A DNA stretch of 64,000 bases from NCBI GenBank assembly GCA_002633005.1, contig NMRA01000469.1:107545-171544 (forward strand), written 5' to 3'. Under the pieces are notes generated by a model. It had not been told where the DNA came from. It did not search any database and saw only the letters and a list, made by a program, of their open reading frames with translations. Made by a program: the position numbers and the translations under genes. Positions within the stretch are counted from its first letter, which is position 1; every line of letters begins with the position of its first letter. This stretch comes from Phoronis australis. Its lineage: Eukaryota; Animalia; Phoronida. Positions 13,419 through 64,000 of this stretch are shown in pieces.

Positions 13419-13432
13419 TTCAGGTGTGTATA

Positions 13433-60618
<47,186 letters not shown>

Positions 60619-61554
60619 ATGCTATTCTAGTCATATGTGCGCAGAATTTGAAATGAAAGCTGGATCTGTTTAAGGTGAGATGCATAAGGTCACAGTATGC
60701 AGGGAGCAGACCGTCCTAAGGGAAATAATGAATGAGAAGCTGCTTAAACTTGCTTTGTCAAAATATTCTTTGCATGTGTTGAGTGCAGCCAGTCTATGAT
60801 ATCTAGCTTAGTCGGGTTAGTAATATTTTGTGGCAAATTTCATCACAAACCAAAGTTGGTGCAAGTTACATGTCAATTTGTCGGTTGGCATCAGGTTCTT
60901 AGTCAATCAGCTCATAATAAATACATTTTGTAAAATGATCTCTTAATTTTCAAGTTTCTTTAAGGATGTATTTGCATGCTCCTATCTGTGCTGATGCATA
61001 ACAGGAACTAAACAACTATGCTATTTAAACATAATCTACACTAAACAACGTGCAGTTATATTCATTGACATCTTGTAAACATTTGACAATTTTCAACCTA
61101 CTTAATATTCATATCGTCGCTATATGTTGTGTTTCTAACTAATTTGGTCAAGCAATCACAGAGATAAGGAATTAGCATGCAAGTTCCATTTTAAGACATT
61201 TTTAAGCAAGCAGAGTTTATGCCTTCGAAGCAGTTTTATTTTCTATTCTGGTTTCATGATGTTTGTCCTGACTTTATGTTAAGGTTAATTTCAATTTTGC
61301 TAATAACTGATTGTCTAAACTAATTTTTTGTTTTCCAAATCTTAGGAAACTAATTATGAAGTATACTCAATAAAAAATTGACGAACGGCTTTTGCCTCTA
61401 CTGCATTCTAAATTGAAGAATTCAAAGTATTCGTGTTGGTAGCTGTTTGTATTAATTGAGCAAAGTGGAAACTTTTGCTTGAAGTAATCTTCAATACTTT
61501 CTGTTGTAATTTGATTACTTGTTTCAAATGACTGTGTTTCGGTTTGTAACTCGT

Positions 61555-61600
61555 AAATAAACATGCATGTACTTTCTTATGTTTGTTATGTTCAGTTTCC
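61555..61600 (+). terminator. Candidate polyadenylation signal of SMARCAD1
   Basis: AATAAA at ~61556 followed by a GT/T-rich downstream tract. Other AATAAA at ~60916 and ~61369. Confidence 0.4.
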
Positions 61601-62392
61601 CTATTACTGCAATAGTTATTTCGTCTGTCAGATAAAGTATGAAAAATATTAAATTATCCAGTCAAAATCAGGATACCAAAAGGTAAACAAATGACTACAG
61701 CAAATCAGCAACTTGTCAGTTGTTTAATTGTGACGCCTGTCATCACAGTGTTAACGTGCGGTTTTCATTGGCTGCTACAGCTGAGGGTCCATTCACTATT
61801 AATTGCCATTTTCATGAGCGTACAATGCGTACTCTTCTTGACCCCCTCCCTCCCACAAAAAGCTACATAAATGGCAATATTTTTATAAGGTCTTTAATCA
61901 TGTTGGTTTGCTTCAAACTTTTAGGCCTGTGTTAGTGCTCTGATGTGAAATATTTTTTCTTACTTCATGTTTTTTCATGGTTGGATTTGAGCAAAATTTC
62001 TCTTGGTTGTTTTGTCACTTTTTAGGGTGAGGAAAAAATAAAAATCATGACTTTATTATTTAGCATTGCCATTTATACGACATCAAAAGCGCATTCTGGC
62101 AGCAACCCCTCACACGATGTAGTTTGAACACTCGTGAAAAAAGTAATTGTTGTCAAGTCCCTATTCGACATTCAAACTTCTTTTTAAATCGTGTAAAACT
62201 TTGTGCCTTGGCTGGTAGTAGATTTCAAATGAAAATAAACTAGACTTCCATTAATGTCGAGTTTGTATTCCACACATTTCTGACCATAAAGTGAGTGTTT
62301 GCAATTTGACGAACTGTAAGAGCAGAAACAGCTCTTGCAACAAAGTGAGTGTCCTCCCATCTACCATACGGAAAGTAGAAAAAATGTTTTAG

Positions 62393-62510
62393 CATCCGAG
62401 CGACCTATCCAGTATGAGAAGTAAGGGTGCAGCCATGCGAGCGACCTATCCAGTATGAAAAGTAAGGGTACACCCATCCGAGTGACCTATCCAGTATGAG
62501 AAGGGTACAC
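62393..62510 (+). repeat. 41-bp tandem repeat x~3
   Basis: gagcgacctatccagtatgagaagtaagggt units. Confidence 0.85.
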
Positions 62511-63439
62511 CTAGAGAAAAGATTGTTTCAAGGATGGCTTCATCTACAAGCAAAGTTGCTTAACGCATCACCTTTGAGATCGTGAAAAAAATGACTTTTT
62601 GAAATGACAACTCATATGCAAGTCATCCTTTTGATGACTCAAGTACTATATACATGTATTGGCATAGCAATAATAGCCAGGTAATGATATACTGGGTCAT
62701 TGATTGCTGGTGACAAGAGTGACTGAGCGTGTAGTTTGATGAGATCAGGTAATGGTTGTTTTTGTTGTGATATACATTTCAAATCTAATTTCATTGTAAA
62801 TGTATTTGCTATATCAGTAAAGTTTGAGCGACATTTCTCGTTATAACGAGCGCTACTTTACATCAACTTAAGCTGTCGCAATCATACTTGTCGTGAATAT
62901 GCGTGACAACACAAGTCCATTGATGACCTGCGAAAAATTTGTACGTCAATGTCGAGACAGATTCTGCTGGGAGCAATAACTTAAGTGGGGACGACTTGAA
63001 GATATAATTCCGCTTCATTAAAAACTTGATTGAATGGATTTTAAGAAAAGTTAATTCAGTAGAGACGTGAGCTCAAATAATTCTTTTTTAACACAATTCC
63101 ATATTTTCTCACTTTTAATAATGAACTTTTTAGTTTGATTTAATTTGTGTAGGTGGCCGTCGCAGTGTGTGCTGATTGCAGCAATTTGCTGTATTAAGGG
63201 TACTCGTTCATCTGCTGCCATATGCAATGAGGTTTCTGCGGAAACCCTTCCTACTTTACAAAAAACTAAAAATTAATAGATAAATGAACACAAACAGGGT
63301 CGAAAGCTCTGAAATGATATTTTAGAGGTTTCTTTAAACTGTCGAAATTTATTCTGTGCTGGTGAATGTGAAGGAAATAGTATCTTTAACCAGGAACTTT
63401 TACATGTAAATGACTGGGCGTGTGATAGAGATAGACCGG

Positions 63440-64000
63440 CAGCCCAGAGCACTTAGCATAGATGAACGAGGTACCAACATCTGACCACGGGAGCATTTAA
63501 AGTCCAACTCAGTATGTACAGATATGGACGTATGCCGTTGTCTGCACTCTGGGTGTGACCCATGGGGGCCTTACAAACAGCCCAAAAAATGAGCTAGACT
63601 AGATATTCGAGGTACCAATCAAAACTGATTCAAAACGAATAATAGTACCGCACTGAACACCGAATGACCCATGACAGACAAATTGCACTCTGGAATGGGT
63701 CCGGCAGAAACCAAAAAAGGACCCCCCAAAAATGAGCTAGCACATACATTCGAGGTACCACACAAAACCAATTCCATATGATTCAATACATGTCACAGAT
63801 CACTAAAACCCCTATGACAGACAAATTACACTCTGGGTTGTGCCCGGCAGAAACCCCCAAAAATCTCAACCATGGTATGCCATCAAAAATTTGAGCTAGA
63901 CTAGATTTTCGAGGTACCGGCCAAAACTGATTTTAAACGAACAATAGTACCGCACTGAACACCAAATGACCCATGACAGACAAATTGCACTCTGGAATGG
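63440..64000. repeat. ~141-159-bp satellite-like array running off the window end
   Basis: cgaggtacc anchors at 63467, 63608, 63751 and 63910; units 2 and 4 are most alike. Confidence 0.85.

Overview
Eukaryotic genomic DNA, AT-rich and repeat-dense, most likely from an invertebrate animal (a lophotrochozoan such as a mollusc is my inference from the repeat types). One complete spliced gene dominates the window on the + strand: a SMARCAD1/Etl1/Fun30-family SNF2 chromatin remodeller. I assembled it by hand as 20 coding exons (13433-60618, 3057 nt including stop, 1018 aa), all GT-AG with consistent phases. It has two CUE domains and helicase motifs I-VI. Introns and flanks hold many transposon relics: Penelope, RTE-like LINEs, a 5'-truncated Gypsy, Ginger2-like, Harbinger, pogo-like, hAT-like and foldback MITEs. 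Most notable observations: (1) a Helentron/HINE-like repeat family carrying about 40 co-oriented CTCF-consensus motifs at ~145-bp spacing inside the gene; (2) a CAC...GTG foldback element with 5-bp TSDs in two independent insertions (Transib/RAG-transposon-like signature); (3) tandem amplification of a 3' splice site (68 bp x5) and of a 5' splice site (35 bp x7) in the same gene; (4) a Penelope inverted repeat with a decayed hammerhead-like core overlapping the polypyrimidine tract of the first coding exon. All alignments were by eye; no database searches were run.
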